From: Verrucomicrobiota bacterium
Lineage (GTDB): Bacteria; Verrucomicrobiota; Verrucomicrobiia; Limisphaerales; UBA9464
Assembly (NCBI GenBank): GCA_025360495.1
Contig: JANYCC010000163.1
Coordinates: forward strand, 1-49,345
Direction: 5' to 3'
Length of the DNA stretch: 49,345 bases
A program made the translations under genes and the position numbers. Positions 48,333 through 49,345 of this stretch are shown here, in pieces; positions within the stretch are counted from its first letter, which is position 1; each line of letters starts with the position of its first letter. The notes below the pieces were generated by a model, which saw nothing but the letters and a program-made list of their open reading frames with translations, was not told the origin of the DNA and made no database searches.

Positions 48333-48350
48333 CTGGCATCCCCGATGCTT
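48333..48350 (+). promoter_or_regulatory. Putative sigma54 (-24/-12) promoter
   Basis: CTGGCATCCCCGATGCTT is GG-N10-GC, 50 nt upstream of ATG 48400. Confidence 0.65.
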
Positions 48351-48399
48351 GGGCAGGCATCGCGTCCCACACGGTGTGGGTCGCAAAGAGAAACACACC

Positions 48400-48804
48400 A
48401 TGACACTTATCAAAACAAACAGCGTCTCCCTGCGGTCGGTCCTGATGACCCTGCTGGTCACCTTCACGCTCAGCCTTTTTTCCGGCCTGTCCCTGGCGTC
48501 CGGGGGCAGTGGCTCGGGGGGCGGCGGCGGCGGCACCGCCAACGTGGACACCATCAAGGTCAGCAAATGTTATTATGACGCCCCCACCGGACAGATGCTC
48601 ATCAAGGCGGCCAGCTCGGATCCGACCGCCCGTCTTTATGCCTATCGCCCGGACGGAACCTATCAGGGCGAGGTGCAGAACGGCGGCGGCAGCCGGTACG
48701 GCGGCACGGTGATGGGCTGGATCCCGTACGATCCCGGCACCATGACGATCAAGAGCAGCTCCGGCGGCACCGTCACCGTGCCGACGACCCCGTTCCAGAT
48801 CTGA
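48400..48804 (+). CDS. Small exported hypothetical protein
   Basis: Signal peptide, Gly/Ser linker, beta-rich domain of about 90 aa. Confidence 0.8.
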   Translation: MTLIKTNSVSLRSVLMTLLVTFTLSLFSGLSLASGGSGSGGGGGGTANVDTIKVSKCYYDAPTGQMLIKAASSDPTARLYAYRPDGTYQGEVQNGGGSRYGGTVMGWIPYDPGTMTIKSSSGGTVTVPTTPFQI

Positions 48805-48829
48805 ACGTCGATCCAACCCCGGACACGAT

Positions 48830-49345
48830 ATGAAGACGTCCTGCATGGCCCTGGCTGCCGCCGTTTTCACGCTGTCGGGAGCGGCTCAGACTTATATCAT
48901 CACGGATCTCGGCACGCTCGGGACCAACGCCAGTTTCGCCACGGGCGTCAACAACTCCGGCCAGGTGTCCGGGTACTCGGTGGACGGCGCGAACGCGGCC
49001 CGGGCGTGGCGCCATTCACCGGGTTCCGGTTTGACGGATCTGGGCTCGTTCGGCGGCACGGATACGCGGGCATCAGCCATCAACAACGCCGGACAGGTCA
49101 CCGGGTATTCGACGGATCAAAACGGCGTGGCCCACGGGTTCGTCCTCAACAACGGCGCGCTGAAAGACATCGGGGGTTTCGGTGGTGGCGCCGATGTCTT
49201 TCCGCAATCGATCAACACTCCGGGTCAGGTCGCCGGGTACTCCCAGGTCAGCAATGCGGACCGGCCTTTCCTGTTCACTGAAACCCGGGGCTTCACCGAT
49301 CTCGGCACGATCGCGAGCACCCCGCCTCCCGCGATGGCCGCGGCC
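48830..49345 (+). CDS. Extracellular HAF-repeat protein (runs off window)
   Basis: Missing from the track. MKTSCMALAAAVFTLSGAAQTYIITDLGTLG...GVNNSGQVSGYS...TDLGSFGG...AINNAGQVTGYS...HGF. Confidence 0.9.
   Translation, partial: MKTSCMALAAAVFTLSGAAQTYIITDLGTLGTNASFATGVNNSGQVSGYSVDGANAARAWRHSPGSGLTDLGSFGGTDTRASAINNAGQVTGYSTDQNGVAHGFVLNNGALKDIGGFGGGADVFPQSINTPGQVAGYSQVSNADRPFLFTETRGFTDLGTIASTPPPAMAAA

Overview
High-GC bacterial chromosomal window, most likely Verrucomicrobiota. That assignment is inferred from the GloVer tandem-repeat protein, the Rhodopirellula/Verrucomicrobium-type ECF sigma beside a Ser/Thr kinase, and the HAF-repeat protein. It holds about 40 genes: a truncated SNF2 helicase, four radical SAM enzymes (unknown, bioB, thiH, cofG-like), chrA, uxaE-larB-larC, rpmH-rnpA-yidD-yidC-jag, a penicillin-acylase-family hydrolase, a kinase/ECF/GloVer module, a sigma54 two-component system, an ABC-F, comB, ogg, a PAP2-ArnT-like fusion and sugar-acid genes. 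I saw no rRNA, tRNA, CRISPR array or transposase. The most unusual signal is non-coding. Several families of short palindromic or periodic repeats build nested, modular cassettes in many intergenic gaps. One GTAG-type REP cluster sits in frame inside larC and adds about 52 codons beside its His-rich segment. There is also a 116-bp MITE with a 9-bp target-site duplication upstream of thiH, a duplicated promoter plus gene head bracketing the 4783-6078 gene, and two well-spaced sigma54 promoters. All calls were made by eye from motifs; no database searches were run.
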